Source of the DNA: an uncultured bacterium
GTDB lineage: Bacteria; Actinomycetota; Acidimicrobiia; Spongiisociales; UBA5794
Assembly (NCBI GenBank): GCA_963801165.1
Contig: CAWDDT010000005.1
Span: 288,001-352,000 of the forward strand
Direction: 5' to 3'
DNA length: 64,000 nt
Below, in pieces: positions 25,973 through 36,089 of the stretch. Every line of letters starts with the position of its first letter. The first letter of the stretch is position 1. Made by a program: the position numbers and the translations under genes. The notes under the pieces are model-generated. The model had not been told where the DNA came from. It saw only the letters and a list, made by a program, of their open reading frames with translations, and did not search any database.

Positions 25973-25982
25973 GGAGGATCTC

Positions 25983-26918
25983 ATGGCACGTATCTACTCA
26001 GACATCACCGAAACCATCGGCAACACTCCCCTCGTTGCGCTCCGAAACATGCAGCCGGTCGGTGCCGCACGCATCGCCGTGAAGCTCGAGTCGTTCAACC
26101 CGCTGTCGAGTGTCAAGGACCGCATCGGCGTGAACATGATCAATGAGGCCGAGAAGGACGGGCGCATCACCCCGGGGGAGACCACGCTTGTGGAGCCCAC
26201 CTCCGGCAACACCGGGATCGGTCTCGCATTCGCCGCGGCCGCCAAGGGATACAAGCTCGTCCTCACCATGCCCGACACGATGAGCATCGAACGCCGCCGT
26301 CTCCTCGCCTTCCTCGGCGCCGAGCTCGTACTCACCGCGGGGACCGGAGGAATGAAGGGAGCAATCGACAAGGCAGAGGAATTGCGCGGGGAGATCCCCG
26401 GTGCGGTGGTCCTCCAGCAGTTCGCCAACCCGGCCAACCCCGACATCCACCGGCGTACAACGGCTGAGGAGATTTGGGCCGACACCGACGGCGAGGTCGA
26501 CATCGTCGTCGCCGGGGTGGGAACCGGCGGCACCGTAACCGGCGTGGGCGAGGTGCTGAAAGCTCGCAAGCCGTCAGTCCAAATCGTGGCAGTCGAACCG
26601 GATGACTCACCGGTGCTCTCAGGGGGCGCTCCCGGGCCGCACAAGATCCAGGGAATCGGCGCAGGGTTCGTGCCGGAGGTGCTCAACACCGCGGTGATCG
26701 ACGAGGTCGTACGGGTCTCCAACGACGACGCCATCGAGACATCCCGTGCACTCGCCCGTGGCGAGGGAATCCTGGCCGGGATCTCGGGCGGTGCCGCGTT
26801 GTGGGCGGCGCTCGAGGTGGCGGGACGACCCGGGAATGCCGACAAGCTGATCGTGGTCGTGCTCCCGGATGCCGCCGAGCGCTATCTGTCGACCGCCCTG
26901 TTCGAAGGCATCGCGTGA
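25983..26918 (+). CDS. cysK: Cysteine synthase A
   Basis: [16 protein letters not shown] (PLP Lys), [26 protein letters not shown] and ERYLST. GGAGG SD. Confidence 0.95.
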   Translation: MARIYSDITETIGNTPLVALRNMQPVGAARIAVKLESFNPLSSVKDRIGVNMINEAEKDGRITPGETTLVEPTSGNTGIGLAFAAAAKGYKLVLTMPDTMSIERRRLLAFLGAELVLTAGTGGMKGAIDKAEELRGEIPGAVVLQQFANPANPDIHRRTTAEEIWADTDGEVDIVVAGVGTGGTVTGVGEVLKARKPSVQIVAVEPDDSPVLSGGAPGPHKIQGIGAGFVPEVLNTAVIDEVVRVSNDDAIETSRALARGEGILAGISGGAALWAALEVAGRPGNADKLIVVVLPDAAERYLSTALFEGIA

Positions 26919-27622
26919 TGAGCGCCTCCGGACCGGGGATGCGGGCTCGGATGCGCGAGGACATCGCCGCGGTATTCGAGCGTGACCCTGCCGCTCGCAG
27001 TGTCCCTGAGGTCGTGTTCAACTACCCGGGGATGCACGCCATCTGGATGCATCGGCTCGCCCACCGTCTCTGGAGGAGGAACCGGAGCTTCCTGGCCCGG
27101 CTGCTGAGCCACGTCAACCGCTTCATCACCGGGGTCGAGATCCATCCCGGAGCGACCATCGGCCGGCGCTTCGTCATCGACCACGGCATGGGTGTGGTGA
27201 TCGGCGAGACCACCGAGATCGGGGACGACGTGATGCTCTACCAGGGAGTGACCCTGGGCGGGACAAGCCGCAAGAAGGAGAAACGCCACCCGACTCTCGA
27301 AGATGGGGTTGTCGTCGGCGCCGGCGCCAAGGTCCTGGGCGCCGTCACGGTGGGAACCGGCGCCAGGATCGGCGCCGGCGCCATCGTGGTGCGCGACGTT
27401 CCGCCCGGCGCCACCGTCGTCGGTGTGGCCGGGCGGGTCATCGAACGCCGAAAGCACGACGAGCACCACGTGAACCTGACGGAGAGCAAGGGCGACCACG
27501 ACGTTCGGGTTCTCGAGGTGTTGGTCGACCGGGTCAGCGACCTCGAGATGATCGTCAACGACGCCGTGCTCGCCGTCCCCGGCAACGGCTCCGAGACCTA
27601 CTCGCAAGGCGCCGGGATCTAG
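26918..27622 (+). CDS. cysE: Serine O-acetyltransferase
   Basis: [37 protein letters not shown] and KRHPTL. TGATG coupling to cysK. Confidence 0.95.
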   Translation: MSASGPGMRARMREDIAAVFERDPAARSVPEVVFNYPGMHAIWMHRLAHRLWRRNRSFLARLLSHVNRFITGVEIHPGATIGRRFVIDHGMGVVIGETTEIGDDVMLYQGVTLGGTSRKKEKRHPTLEDGVVVGAGAKVLGAVTVGTGARIGAGAIVVRDVPPGATVVGVAGRVIERRKHDEHHVNLTESKGDHDVRVLEVLVDRVSDLEMIVNDAVLAVPGNGSETYSQGAGI

Positions 27623-27788
27623 CAACCTACTGGAGCGGGAAACAGCTTTCCGCGGCCGCGCCACGACCTCGGCTCGATCTGCACGATCGGCGTCGGAGCG
27701 GTCTCGCTCGATGGCGAGGGCGAACAGGGTGCCCAGACCATCAGGCTGGCGGTACGACAGCGTCGCCTCGGCTGTTAGCTTCGCCATC

Positions 27789-28601
27789 ATGGATGATCGC
27801 CTTGCCGACAACCGCGCCAATTGGGATGATCGCGTCCCCATCCACTGGGGTGGATACGACGCCGAGGGATTCATCGACGATCCTGGGCGCATCAGCGATG
27901 TCGTCCGCTACGACTCCGCCGTGCTCGGTGATGTCTCCGGGCAGCGCCTCGTGCATCTGCAATGTCACTTCGGGATGGACACGCTGTCGTGGGCGAGGCT
28001 TGGCGCCGAGGTCACCGGCGTCGACTTCTCCGAGAGCGCTATTGCGGCGGCCAAGGAGCTGAGCGACCGCAGCACCACCCAGGGGCGGTTCGTGGTGGCG
28101 AATGTCTACGACGCCGCCGATGTCCTCGGCGAGCAGTACGACATCGTCTACACCGGCGTCGGCGCGATCTGCTGGATTCCGGATATCGCCACATGGGCGC
28201 GGGTAGTCGCCGCGCTGCTCGAGCCGGGCGGAACCTTCTACATGCGGGAAGCACACCCCGTGCTGTGGGCACTCGACTGGCGCGACGACGGGCAGCTTAT
28301 GTTGGTGTACCCGTACTTCGAGATACCAGACTCGGTACAGGAGGACTTGAATACGACCTACCTCGGCGAGGGAACCATCGAGCACACGACTACCCACTCG
28401 TGGAACCATGGCATCGCAGAAACCTTCGCCGCCCTGGTCGACGCCGGGTTGGTGATCACGACGCTACAGGAGCACAGGGAGTTGGAGTGGCAGGCCATGC
28501 CGACCATGACTCTGGGTGACGACGGGCGGTGGCGGCTCCCGGAGCATCAGCGAGAACTTGCGCCGTTGATGTGGACGATCATCGCCACCAAGCCGCGGTG
28601 A
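27789..28601 (+). CDS. Class I SAM-dependent methyltransferase
   Basis: NRANWDDRV, HLQCHFGMDTLS and VTGVDFS. TAGCTT -10 lies 7 nt upstream (leaderless). Confidence 0.88.
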   Translation: MDDRLADNRANWDDRVPIHWGGYDAEGFIDDPGRISDVVRYDSAVLGDVSGQRLVHLQCHFGMDTLSWARLGAEVTGVDFSESAIAAAKELSDRSTTQGRFVVANVYDAADVLGEQYDIVYTGVGAICWIPDIATWARVVAALLEPGGTFYMREAHPVLWALDWRDDGQLMLVYPYFEIPDSVQEDLNTTYLGEGTIEHTTTHSWNHGIAETFAALVDAGLVITTLQEHRELEWQAMPTMTLGDDGRWRLPEHQRELAPLMWTIIATKPR

Positions 28602-29042
28602 TCAAGCGCGCCATCGGCGGTGCTCGGGGAGCGTCACGTCACCGTAGCCGTTGCAGCGGGCCTCGCCGACAAGTAGCTCGAACAGGACGTAGCGGTCCGC
28701 AGGCGGGTAGGAACACGCGGCGACCACGAGGGCACGAACGTTCGGGTCGGTGATCTCACGGCCGTCGCCCCTGACGAAGAACTCGCCGCCCGAGCCGGCG
28801 TTGTCCGGCACACCGTTGTGGATGGCGTAGACCACGCGTTCGCGGAGGTCGATGCCCTTGGGCGAGGTCGGTTCCATGAACAGGAACAACCCGGTGTCGC
28901 TGATGATCGGGGTTACCGGGTGCACCCGCGGGCTGCCGTTCTTGCGCTGGGTCGCCAGATAGGCCGGTCGCTCGCGGAGCAGTTCCGCGCCAAACGCAGC
29001 GAGCTCGGGCTCGAGTATGGAGAAGTCGGCCCAGGTGATCAT
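28602..29042 (-). CDS. Pyridoxamine 5'-phosphate oxidase-like (split-barrel flavin/F420-binding) protein
   Basis: AYLATQRKNGSPRVHPV and SPKGIDLR. ATGA overlap with the upstream gene. Confidence 0.8.
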   Translation of the reverse strand: MITWADFSILEPELAAFGAELLRERPAYLATQRKNGSPRVHPVTPIISDTGLFLFMEPTSPKGIDLRERVVYAIHNGVPDNAGSGGEFFVRGDGREITDPNVRALVVAACSYPPADRYVLFELLVGEARCNGYGDVTLPEHRRWRA

Positions 29043-30001
29043 CCGGTGGTCTCCGTAAACCCGTTGTCCCGCATCCACTCGTCGTTGTAGATCTTCGAGA
29101 CGTAGTTGCGCCCGGAGTCGGGGAGCATGACGACCACCAGATCGTTGGGACGGCGCCGGGCCACGCGGAGCGCACCGGCGACTGCCAGGCCTCCGGAACC
29201 GCCGGCGAACACGCCTTCCACCCTGACCAGACGCCGGGTCATCTCAAACGTCTCGGCGTCGGTGACCATCTCGTACTCGTCGACAACGCTTGGATCGAAG
29301 GTCTCGGGCCAGAAGTCCTCCCCCACTCCCTCGGTCAGGTAGGTGGCGACGTCGTCCTCAGTGTCGGCGGTGTAGATCGATCCCTCGGGGTCGGCGCCGA
29401 CCACCACCAATCCCGGTTTGCGTTCCTTCAGGTATCGGCCGGTCCCGCAAATCGTTCCGCCGGTGCCGATGCCAACCACGAGCACACCGATCGCCCCGTC
29501 GGTCTGCTCCCAGATCTCAGGACCTGTCTGTGCGTAGTGTGCCTCCGGGTTCGCCGGGTTCGAGTACTGGTCGGGACGGTACGAGTTCGGTGTCTCCCGG
29601 GTCAGCCGGTCGGCGACCGAGTAATACGACCGCGGGTCGTCCGGCTCGACGTCGGTGGGGCACACCACTACTTCGGCGCCGTAGGCGCGCAGAAGCGCCC
29701 GCTTCTCTTCGGACTGCTTGTCTGCCATCACCGCGATCAACTTGTAGCCCCGTAGCGCCGCCACCATCGCCAGACCGACTCCGGTGTTGCCGCTGGTCGG
29801 CTCGATGATCGTGCCCCCGGGCTCCAGCCATCCGTTGCGCTCGGCCCGCTCGATCATGCCGAGAGCGATCCGGTCTTTGACCGACCCCCCGGGGTTCATG
29901 TACTCGAGCTTGGCCACCAGGTTCCCCGGTGGATGCAGCCGGCCGAGACGGACCAGAGGCGTCCCGCCGACCGCGTCGATGATGTCCTCACGGATGTCCA
30001 T
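29039..30001 (-). CDS. Cystathionine beta-synthase-like PLP enzyme (catalytic core only)
   Basis: [42 protein letters not shown] and SKIYNDEWM. Start moved to ATG at 30001. Confidence 0.88.
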   Translation of the reverse strand: MDIREDIIDAVGGTPLVRLGRLHPPGNLVAKLEYMNPGGSVKDRIALGMIERAERNGWLEPGGTIIEPTSGNTGVGLAMVAALRGYKLIAVMADKQSEEKRALLRAYGAEVVVCPTDVEPDDPRSYYSVADRLTRETPNSYRPDQYSNPANPEAHYAQTGPEIWEQTDGAIGVLVVGIGTGGTICGTGRYLKERKPGLVVVGADPEGSIYTADTEDDVATYLTEGVGEDFWPETFDPSVVDEYEMVTDAETFEMTRRLVRVEGVFAGGSGGLAVAGALRVARRRPNDLVVVMLPDSGRNYVSKIYNDEWMRDNGFTETTG

Positions 30002-30040
30002 ACGGTCCGGGAGGCTAGTGGCGTGGACGACCATTGCCAC

Positions 30041-30161
30041 CACCTTTGTCGCTCCGCTCCTCGTCCTCCTGAAGAGGGGGACATGACGTTGGCTGCCCCA
30101 CCCACCCCTTTACTTCTCCCTCTGGGACAAGTGGCCGAGCGACGCGAAGGTCGATGAGGGC
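30041..30161. repeat. Oppositely oriented pair of family-C palindromic intergenic repeats
   Basis: The minus-strand copy CCCTCATCGACCTTCGCGTCGCTCGGCCACTTGTCCC aligns with 62624-62658. A degenerate + copy is at 30041-30082. Confidence 0.6.
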
Positions 30162-30222
30162 CTCACCGAATACGGAAGCCGGCGCAGGGCCGGGCGGCCC
30201 TCCCACATGTGACAAACCTCCC

Positions 30223-30241
30223 ACCCCACCCGGGGTGGGGT
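30223..30241. promoter_or_regulatory. CsoR operator
   Basis: Perfect palindrome ACCCCACCC-G-GGGTGGGGT just upstream of the TAGACT -10 (30247-30252) of csoR. G/C-tract operators are typical of CsoR. Confidence 0.8.
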
Positions 30242-30258
30242 CATGGTAGACTGCGGGT

Positions 30259-30537
30259 ATGAAACCGGAGCACAAGAAGTCAGCGCTCAATCGGCTCAAG
30301 ACCGTACGGGGTCACCTCGATGCCGTCATCTCGATGGTGGAAGAGGAGCGATACTGCCCGGATGTGATGAAGCAGGTCTCTGCGGTGCAGGGATCTCTGG
30401 AGAAGGTCAACCGGATCATTCTCCAGAACCACGTCGAGACGTGCGTGTTGCGTGCCGTGGAAGAAGGCCGCTCGGAGCAGATCGTCGACGAGTTGATGGA
30501 GTCTCTGCGCTACAGCTCCGGAGTAACCGGGCCGTAG
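30259..30537 (+). CDS. csoR: Copper-sensing repressor CsoR
   Basis: LNRLKTVRGHL, YCPDV and NHVETC (Cys-His-Cys ligands). Leaderless start. Confidence 0.92.
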   Translation: MKPEHKKSALNRLKTVRGHLDAVISMVEEERYCPDVMKQVSAVQGSLEKVNRIILQNHVETCVLRAVEEGRSEQIVDELMESLRYSSGVTGP

Positions 30538-30572
30538 CCCACCCTCACCCCCAAAACTGAAAGGGAGCAGCC

Positions 30573-30785
30573 ATGACACAGATAACCCTCAACGTCCCCG
30601 ACATCTCGTGCAACCACTGCAAGATGTCTATAGAAGGCGCCGTCAACGCCCTGTCGGGCATCGAGTCGGCTGTTGTCGACATCGAAGGTCGATCGGTCGA
30701 TGTCTCTTTCGATGACACCACCCAGAGCCTCGACTCCATCGTCACCGCCATTGAAGAGCAGGGTTACGAAGTAGCCAACAGCTGA
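30573..30785 (+). CDS. copZ: Copper chaperone
   Basis: 70-aa HMA domain with DISCNHC and C-terminal EEQGY. Confidence 0.9.
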   Translation: MTQITLNVPDISCNHCKMSIEGAVNALSGIESAVVDIEGRSVDVSFDDTTQSLDSIVTAIEEQGYEVANS

Positions 30786-32944
30786 TGGCAACCGATACCG
30801 AGACAATCACCCTCGACGTCGAGGGCATGACCTGTGCCTCCTGTGCGCTGCGGATCGAGCGAGTCCTCGGCAAGCAGGAGGGCGTATCCAGCGCCGTCGT
30901 CAACTTCGCCGGGCAGGAGGCCAGAGTCACCGTTGCCCAGGGCGTCCACATCCAGGCGCTCTCGGATGCCGTGTCGAAGCTCGGCTACTCGGTCCACGAG
31001 ATAGCCGAGGGCGAAGAGCGCGAGTCCGTGATCGTGCGCTACTCCCGCGAGGTGGTCTACCAGCGGCGCAACTTCATCCTGGCGGCGTTGATCACTCTGC
31101 CACTGATGGTGCTCGCCATGTTCGGCAACGACGGCGACACCCAGCGCATCCTCCAGGGCGTGCTTGCGGTTCCTGTCGTATTTGTCTTCGGAGCACAGTT
31201 CCACAAGATCGCCTGGAAGCGGGCGCTGACGCTCGACGCCACCATGGACACGCTGGTGTCGGTCGGCACCCTCACGGCATTTATCTACTCGCTGTGGGCG
31301 CTGTTCAGCGACCGACCCGTCTTCTTCGACTCGGCGGCGATGATCATCACCCTCATCCTGCTCGGCCGGTTCTTCGAGGCACGTGCCAAAGGCCAGGCTT
31401 CGCAGGCGGTGACAAAGCTGCTCGAGCTGAGCGCCAGGGAAGCCCGCGTCATCCGCAACGGCGAGCAGGTCATGGTCGACCCACTCGACCTCCGGCCCGG
31501 CGAGACAATGGTGGTTCTCCCCGGCGAGAAGATACCGACCGACGGCGTGGTCACCACCGGGTCCTCGTCGATCGACGAGAGCATGCTGACCGGCGAATCG
31601 ATGCCGGTGAAGCGCGGTCCCGGTGACGACGTCTTCGGCGCCACCGTCAACCAGGAAGGGCGACTCGAGATCGAGGTGCGCCACGTCGGCCCCAACACCG
31701 CGCTCGCCCGGATCGTCAAGCTCGTCGAGGACGCCCAGGCCACCAAGGCGCCGGTGCAACACCTGGCAGACAAGATCGCCGGCGTGTTCGTCCCGACCGT
31801 CATCCTCATCGCCCTCGTCGTCTTCGTGGGCTGGATGATCGGATCGGGCGACATCTCGACGGCTCTTCGCAACAGCGTTGCCGTGATGATCATTGCCTGC
31901 CCGTGCGCCCTCGGGCTGGCCACCCCCACCGCGATCATGGTCGGGTCGGGCCGCGGGGCGGAGCTCGGCATCCTATTCAAGAACGCCGAGGTGTTCGAGC
32001 GAGCCCGCGACATCGACGTCGTCATGTTCGACAAGACCGGGACGCTGACCAGAGGAGCGATGACCCTCAGCGACGTCATAACCACCGCAGACGAGACCAC
32101 CTTCTTGCGCAGGATCGGTAGCGTCGAGGCCGCCAGCGGACATCCCATCGGCATGGCTGTTGCACTTGGCGCCGAGGAACGCGGCGTCGAGCTGACCGAC
32201 CCGGCCGAGGTCAACGTCGAGACCGGGTCCGGTGTTGTCGGCGAGGTCGACGGCGTCAAGGTGATCGCCGGCAAGCCCACGCTGCTGGCTGACCACGGTC
32301 TCACCATTACCGATGAACTCGCTTCAGCGCTCTCCCGGCTCGAGCAGCAGGGAAAGACCACATTCATGGTCGGTTGGGAAGGTGAGGCCCGCGGCGTCGT
32401 CGCGGTCGCCGACACGATCCGATCTACCTCAGCCGGGGCCATCTCGGGTCTTGCTGCGCTGGGCACACAGACCACCATGATCACCGGAGACAACCGGACC
32501 ACGGCACAGGTCATCGGCGACCAGCTCGGTATCGACAACATCATCGCCGAGGTACTCCCCGGTGATAAGTCCGCCGAGGTATCCCGGGTCCAGAGCTCCG
32601 GAGCGAGGGTCGCCTTTGTCGGTGACGGGATAAACGACGCCCCCGCGCTGACCCAGGCCGACCTCGGCATGGCCATCGGCAGCGGCACCGACGTCGCCAT
32701 CGAAGCCGGCGACCTGGTGCTCGTCTCCGGCGACCCGGAACTCGTCCCCACCGCGCTCAAACTCGCCAGGGCAACGTTCCGGACGATCAGGCAGAACCTC
32801 GGCTGGGCATTCGGCTACAACGTCGCCGCCATCCCGCTGGCCGCGTCCGGGCTGCTCAACCCGATGATCGCCGCCGCTGCTATGGCCTTCTCCAGCGTCT
32901 CGGTGGTGAGCAACTCGCTGCGGCTTCGCCGCTTCGGCCGCTGA
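30785..32944 (+). CDS. copA: Cu(I)-exporting P1B-1 ATPase
   Basis: [38 protein letters not shown] and MAFSS. Confidence 0.93.
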   Translation: MATDTETITLDVEGMTCASCALRIERVLGKQEGVSSAVVNFAGQEARVTVAQGVHIQALSDAVSKLGYSVHEIAEGEERESVIVRYSREVVYQRRNFILAALITLPLMVLAMFGNDGDTQRILQGVLAVPVVFVFGAQFHKIAWKRALTLDATMDTLVSVGTLTAFIYSLWALFSDRPVFFDSAAMIITLILLGRFFEARAKGQASQAVTKLLELSAREARVIRNGEQVMVDPLDLRPGETMVVLPGEKIPTDGVVTTGSSSIDESMLTGESMPVKRGPGDDVFGATVNQEGRLEIEVRHVGPNTALARIVKLVEDAQATKAPVQHLADKIAGVFVPTVILIALVVFVGWMIGSGDISTALRNSVAVMIIACPCALGLATPTAIMVGSGRGAELGILFKNAEVFERARDIDVVMFDKTGTLTRGAMTLSDVITTADETTFLRRIGSVEAASGHPIGMAVALGAEERGVELTDPAEVNVETGSGVVGEVDGVKVIAGKPTLLADHGLTITDELASALSRLEQQGKTTFMVGWEGEARGVVAVADTIRSTSAGAISGLAALGTQTTMITGDNRTTAQVIGDQLGIDNIIAEVLPGDKSAEVSRVQSSGARVAFVGDGINDAPALTQADLGMAIGSGTDVAIEAGDLVLVSGDPELVPTALKLARATFRTIRQNLGWAFGYNVAAIPLAASGLLNPMIAAAAMAFSSVSVVSNSLRLRRFGR

Positions 32945-33984
32945 TGATGAAGCAGACGCAACTGGGCAATAGCGATCTCACGGTGAGCGACCTGGCTCTC
33001 GGCACGATGACGTTCGGCGTGGAGACACCCGCCGCCGAGGCCATGAGGCAGCTCGAAATGTTCGTCACCGCAGGCGGCACTCTCGTCGACACCGCCGATG
33101 TGTACGGATCAGGGGCCTCCGAACAGATCATCGGCGACTGGCTCGCCCGGGGACGACCGGACGGTTTGGTGCTGGCGACCAAGGGCCGGTTTGGCCGGGG
33201 TGAAGCGGCGGGGGCCTCTCGCGTAGCCCTCCGGGCGGCCGTCCGGGCCAGCCTTGCCAGGCTCCGTATCGATACGATTGATCTGTACTACGTACATGGT
33301 TGGGACGAGAGCGTCCCGGTCGCAGAGACGGTCGGTGTGCTCGCCGAACTTGTGGACGACGGAGTCATTCGACACGTGGGATGGTCCAACACCACGGGCT
33401 GGCAGCTACAGCGCATCGTCGACGCAGCCGGTGACGGCCCGGCGCGGCCGATCGTCTTCCAGCCGCAGTACAACCTGCTGGACCGTGTCATCGAGTGGGA
33501 GATAGTCCCGGCGTGTCTCGCCAACGGTCTCGGTATCGCTCCGTGGTCACCGCTGGGCGGCGGCTGGCTGACGGGAAAGTACAGCCGCACCGAACGCCCC
33601 ACCGGCGCAACCCGCCTGGGGGACAACCCGGCTCGCGGTGTGGAAGCCTACGACGGTCGCAACGTCGACCGGACCTGGCGAATCCTCGACGTGGTGACCG
33701 ACATCGCCCGCGCCCACGACGCCTTGCCCGGCCATGTGGCGATCGCCTGGCTGCTCTCGAGACCACACGTGACCTCGGTACTGCTCGGAGCCAGGACCGT
33801 CGCCCAGCTCGAGCAGAACCTCGAGAGCAGCGACATGGCGCTGACGGACGGCGAGATCGAACGTCTCACCAGCGTCTCGGCACCCGGTCTGCCGCAGTAC
33901 CCCTATGGCATGATCGAACGGTTCAGCGGCATCAGCCTGTGGCGGGAGATGGGCACGACCACATCACCCCCGACCGGGAGTTGA
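32944..33984 (+). CDS. Aldo/keto reductase
   Basis: LALGTMTFG, DTADVYG, ATKG, IDLYYVH, QPQYNLL and PWSPLGGGWLTGKY. Confidence 0.9.
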   Translation: MMKQTQLGNSDLTVSDLALGTMTFGVETPAAEAMRQLEMFVTAGGTLVDTADVYGSGASEQIIGDWLARGRPDGLVLATKGRFGRGEAAGASRVALRAAVRASLARLRIDTIDLYYVHGWDESVPVAETVGVLAELVDDGVIRHVGWSNTTGWQLQRIVDAAGDGPARPIVFQPQYNLLDRVIEWEIVPACLANGLGIAPWSPLGGGWLTGKYSRTERPTGATRLGDNPARGVEAYDGRNVDRTWRILDVVTDIARAHDALPGHVAIAWLLSRPHVTSVLLGARTVAQLEQNLESSDMALTDGEIERLTSVSAPGLPQYPYGMIERFSGISLWREMGTTTSPPTGS

Positions 33985-34063
33985 CCCGGTCTGTCGAGAA
34001 CGTCGTGCTGTGTGGAGCCTGCCTGAGACAGGTGTGCTGCGGGCGACCTACTACCGTTGCGGT

Positions 34064-34570
34064 ATGTCTTCTCTCTCTGACCGCCGCCGGGAACGTCTCA
34101 TCCAGCAACTCGACGGAGATTCGCGACTCGGTAAGACCAAGGTGCTTTCGGCCGTTCCGATGATCCGCGGCAGCTTTGTCATGCTGGTGATGTCGGGAGT
34201 CGTCGCCGCGATTGTTGCTCAGGTTGTGTTCGGCAACGGCGGCCTCCAGTTCGGGATCGGTCTCTTTGTGGGCTACGCCGCATACATCACGTATCTGCTG
34301 ATCACCATGGGAGCACCGCGAGTGATCGGGGCGATGGCGGTGCTCACCAAGAACAAGCTGGTGCTCCTGGGAACGCGTCGAGTCGGGGTCGTCGCCGAGT
34401 GGCAGCGCAAGGACATCGACGACATAGACGTGCTCCGCAACGGCAATATGCTCGTCATGGGCAAGATCCGGATCCGCCCCAGCGGTGAGGACGGCATGGT
34501 CTTCTACCTCTCGAACCGCGACCTCGGCCGGCACTTCGTCGATACGTACCGCGAGGGGCGCCGGAGCTGA
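34064..34570 (+). CDS. Hypothetical membrane protein (2 TM plus bacterial PH-like C-terminus)
   Basis: Two hydrophobic helices followed by AVLTKNKLVLL. TACCGT -10 lies 6 nt before ATG at 34064. Confidence 0.7.
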   Translation: MSSLSDRRRERLIQQLDGDSRLGKTKVLSAVPMIRGSFVMLVMSGVVAAIVAQVVFGNGGLQFGIGLFVGYAAYITYLLITMGAPRVIGAMAVLTKNKLVLLGTRRVGVVAEWQRKDIDDIDVLRNGNMLVMGKIRIRPSGEDGMVFYLSNRDLGRHFVDTYREGRRS

Positions 34571-34572
34571 CT

Positions 34573-35073
34573 GTGGAGCGGCTGCTGCGCAGAGCCAGAA
34601 GGTTCTACGGGCCCCATCTCCGCTCCGACGAGCAAATCGAGGACGTGGTAGTTGGGTACGCCACGGGCATCGCGACCCACGTTGTCCAGGGCATGATCTT
34701 CGGTGGGTTTGTCGGCTGGTTCTCCGCCATCTTTCTCGACGCCGCACCACTTCCCATGATCGTGCTGGGTGGATGCGTCAGTATCGTCGCCGGATTCTTC
34801 ATCTCCGAACGGGCGGCAGGGACGGGCGCGACCGACTTCCTGGTGGCTCTCACCAACACCCGGCTATTGATTGCAAGGCGAAGCCTCTCCGGACGTCTGA
34901 GGATCCTGCGCTCCTGCGAGATCACCGCGATCCGGGAGGCGACCACGCACCGCTACCCGATCGGGCATCTGTGCCGACAGCTGATTGTCATGAGCGACGG
35001 CACCACCGTCGAATTCGCCGCGATGCGGGAGCTCCGGCTCGAACCTGTAAACAGAGGCCCAACTTCGGGGTAG
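34573..35073 (+). CDS. Hypothetical membrane protein, similar layout to the preceding gene
   Basis: Two TM helices followed by LVALTNTRLLI. Starts 2 nt after the previous stop. Confidence 0.6.
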   Translation: MERLLRRARRFYGPHLRSDEQIEDVVVGYATGIATHVVQGMIFGGFVGWFSAIFLDAAPLPMIVLGGCVSIVAGFFISERAAGTGATDFLVALTNTRLLIARRSLSGRLRILRSCEITAIREATTHRYPIGHLCRQLIVMSDGTTVEFAAMRELRLEPVNRGPTSG

Positions 35074-35082
35074 ATTGAAACT

Positions 35083-35931
35083 ATGGACGCGATCCACCGT
35101 TTCTCGAAACCGATGCTGCGGCGGCCCCGCGCCATCATCGCGTTCGAGGGTTGGGGGGACGCCTGTGAAGCTGCCTCAGGAGCCGCGACCTACCTGATGG
35201 GGGCGCTCGATGCGGACGAGCCATTTGCCGTCATCGAGCCTGAGGAGTTCTTTGACTTTCAGGCGCACCGGCCCACGGTGTCGATCGACGAGGGGGAAAC
35301 CAGACGCTTGGTGTGGCCGGCCACGCTGTTTCACCGGGTGTTGCTCCCGGCAGACGACCAGGACCTCATCATCGTTGCAGGCGACGAGCCCTCCTACCGC
35401 TGGAAGACCTTTGCCAGGCATGTGACCCAGGTGCTGTGTGAGAGCGACGTTGAGCAGGTTGTGCTGCTCGGAGCGTTCATCGGGCAAGTAGCACACACGC
35501 AGACCGTCCCGGTGATCGGGGTCGCCACCGACCCGGCGTTGGTGGTTCGCAACGGGCTGATGCCATCCGAGTACGAGGGACCGACCGGAATCCTCAGCGT
35601 CGTGCTCGAGGCCTGTCGCGAGGCCGGTATCCAGGCGCTGGCGCTGTGGGCGGCGACACCGCACTACCTCGCCGCCAACCCCAATCCGAAGGCGATGCTG
35701 GCGCTCGCCAGACGTGCCGCATCGATTCTCGGGTTCGAAGTCGACCTGACCGAGCTGGAGATGGTCACAGATGAGTACCTGGGCAGGGTCAACTCGGCCC
35801 TCGCCTCATCGGACGAGTTCTCCACGTACGTCTCCGAGCTGGAGCACGCCGACGGGACCCTCGACGGGATCGACCCGGACCAGACTGCGGGGCTCCTCAG
35901 CGAGATCGAGGACTACCTCCGGCGCGGCTGA
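35083..35931 (+). CDS. PAC2 family (proteasome assembly chaperone-like) protein
   Basis: AFEGWGDA, PEEFFDFQAHRP, EPSYRW, YEGPTGI and PHYL..PNPKA. Confidence 0.9.
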   Translation: MDAIHRFSKPMLRRPRAIIAFEGWGDACEAASGAATYLMGALDADEPFAVIEPEEFFDFQAHRPTVSIDEGETRRLVWPATLFHRVLLPADDQDLIIVAGDEPSYRWKTFARHVTQVLCESDVEQVVLLGAFIGQVAHTQTVPVIGVATDPALVVRNGLMPSEYEGPTGILSVVLEACREAGIQALALWAATPHYLAANPNPKAMLALARRAASILGFEVDLTELEMVTDEYLGRVNSALASSDEFSTYVSELEHADGTLDGIDPDQTAGLLSEIEDYLRRG

Positions 35932-36089
35932 GCGGCCTTCCTCAGGCCCTCCTGAGCGCGAAAACCGGGCACCGGCGATATGCAAAAAGCACGTCCAGCC
36001 GTTAGCCTCCAGCTATAGAGAGAGGCGACGACGTGGGGGTGCCACGGTGCGTCGCCAATTTTTCCAGACTACAAGTGGGAGAGAATCAC

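Noticed and set aside
27623-27775. Possible small ORFs between cysE and the methyltransferase
   Set aside because: No start signals or recognisable peptide in any frame examined.
30002-30220. SAM or other riboswitch upstream of the CBS-like gene
   Set aside because: No SAM-I/IV core recognised. The structure is explained by family-C repeats, and a TAGCCT -10 lies close to the ATG.
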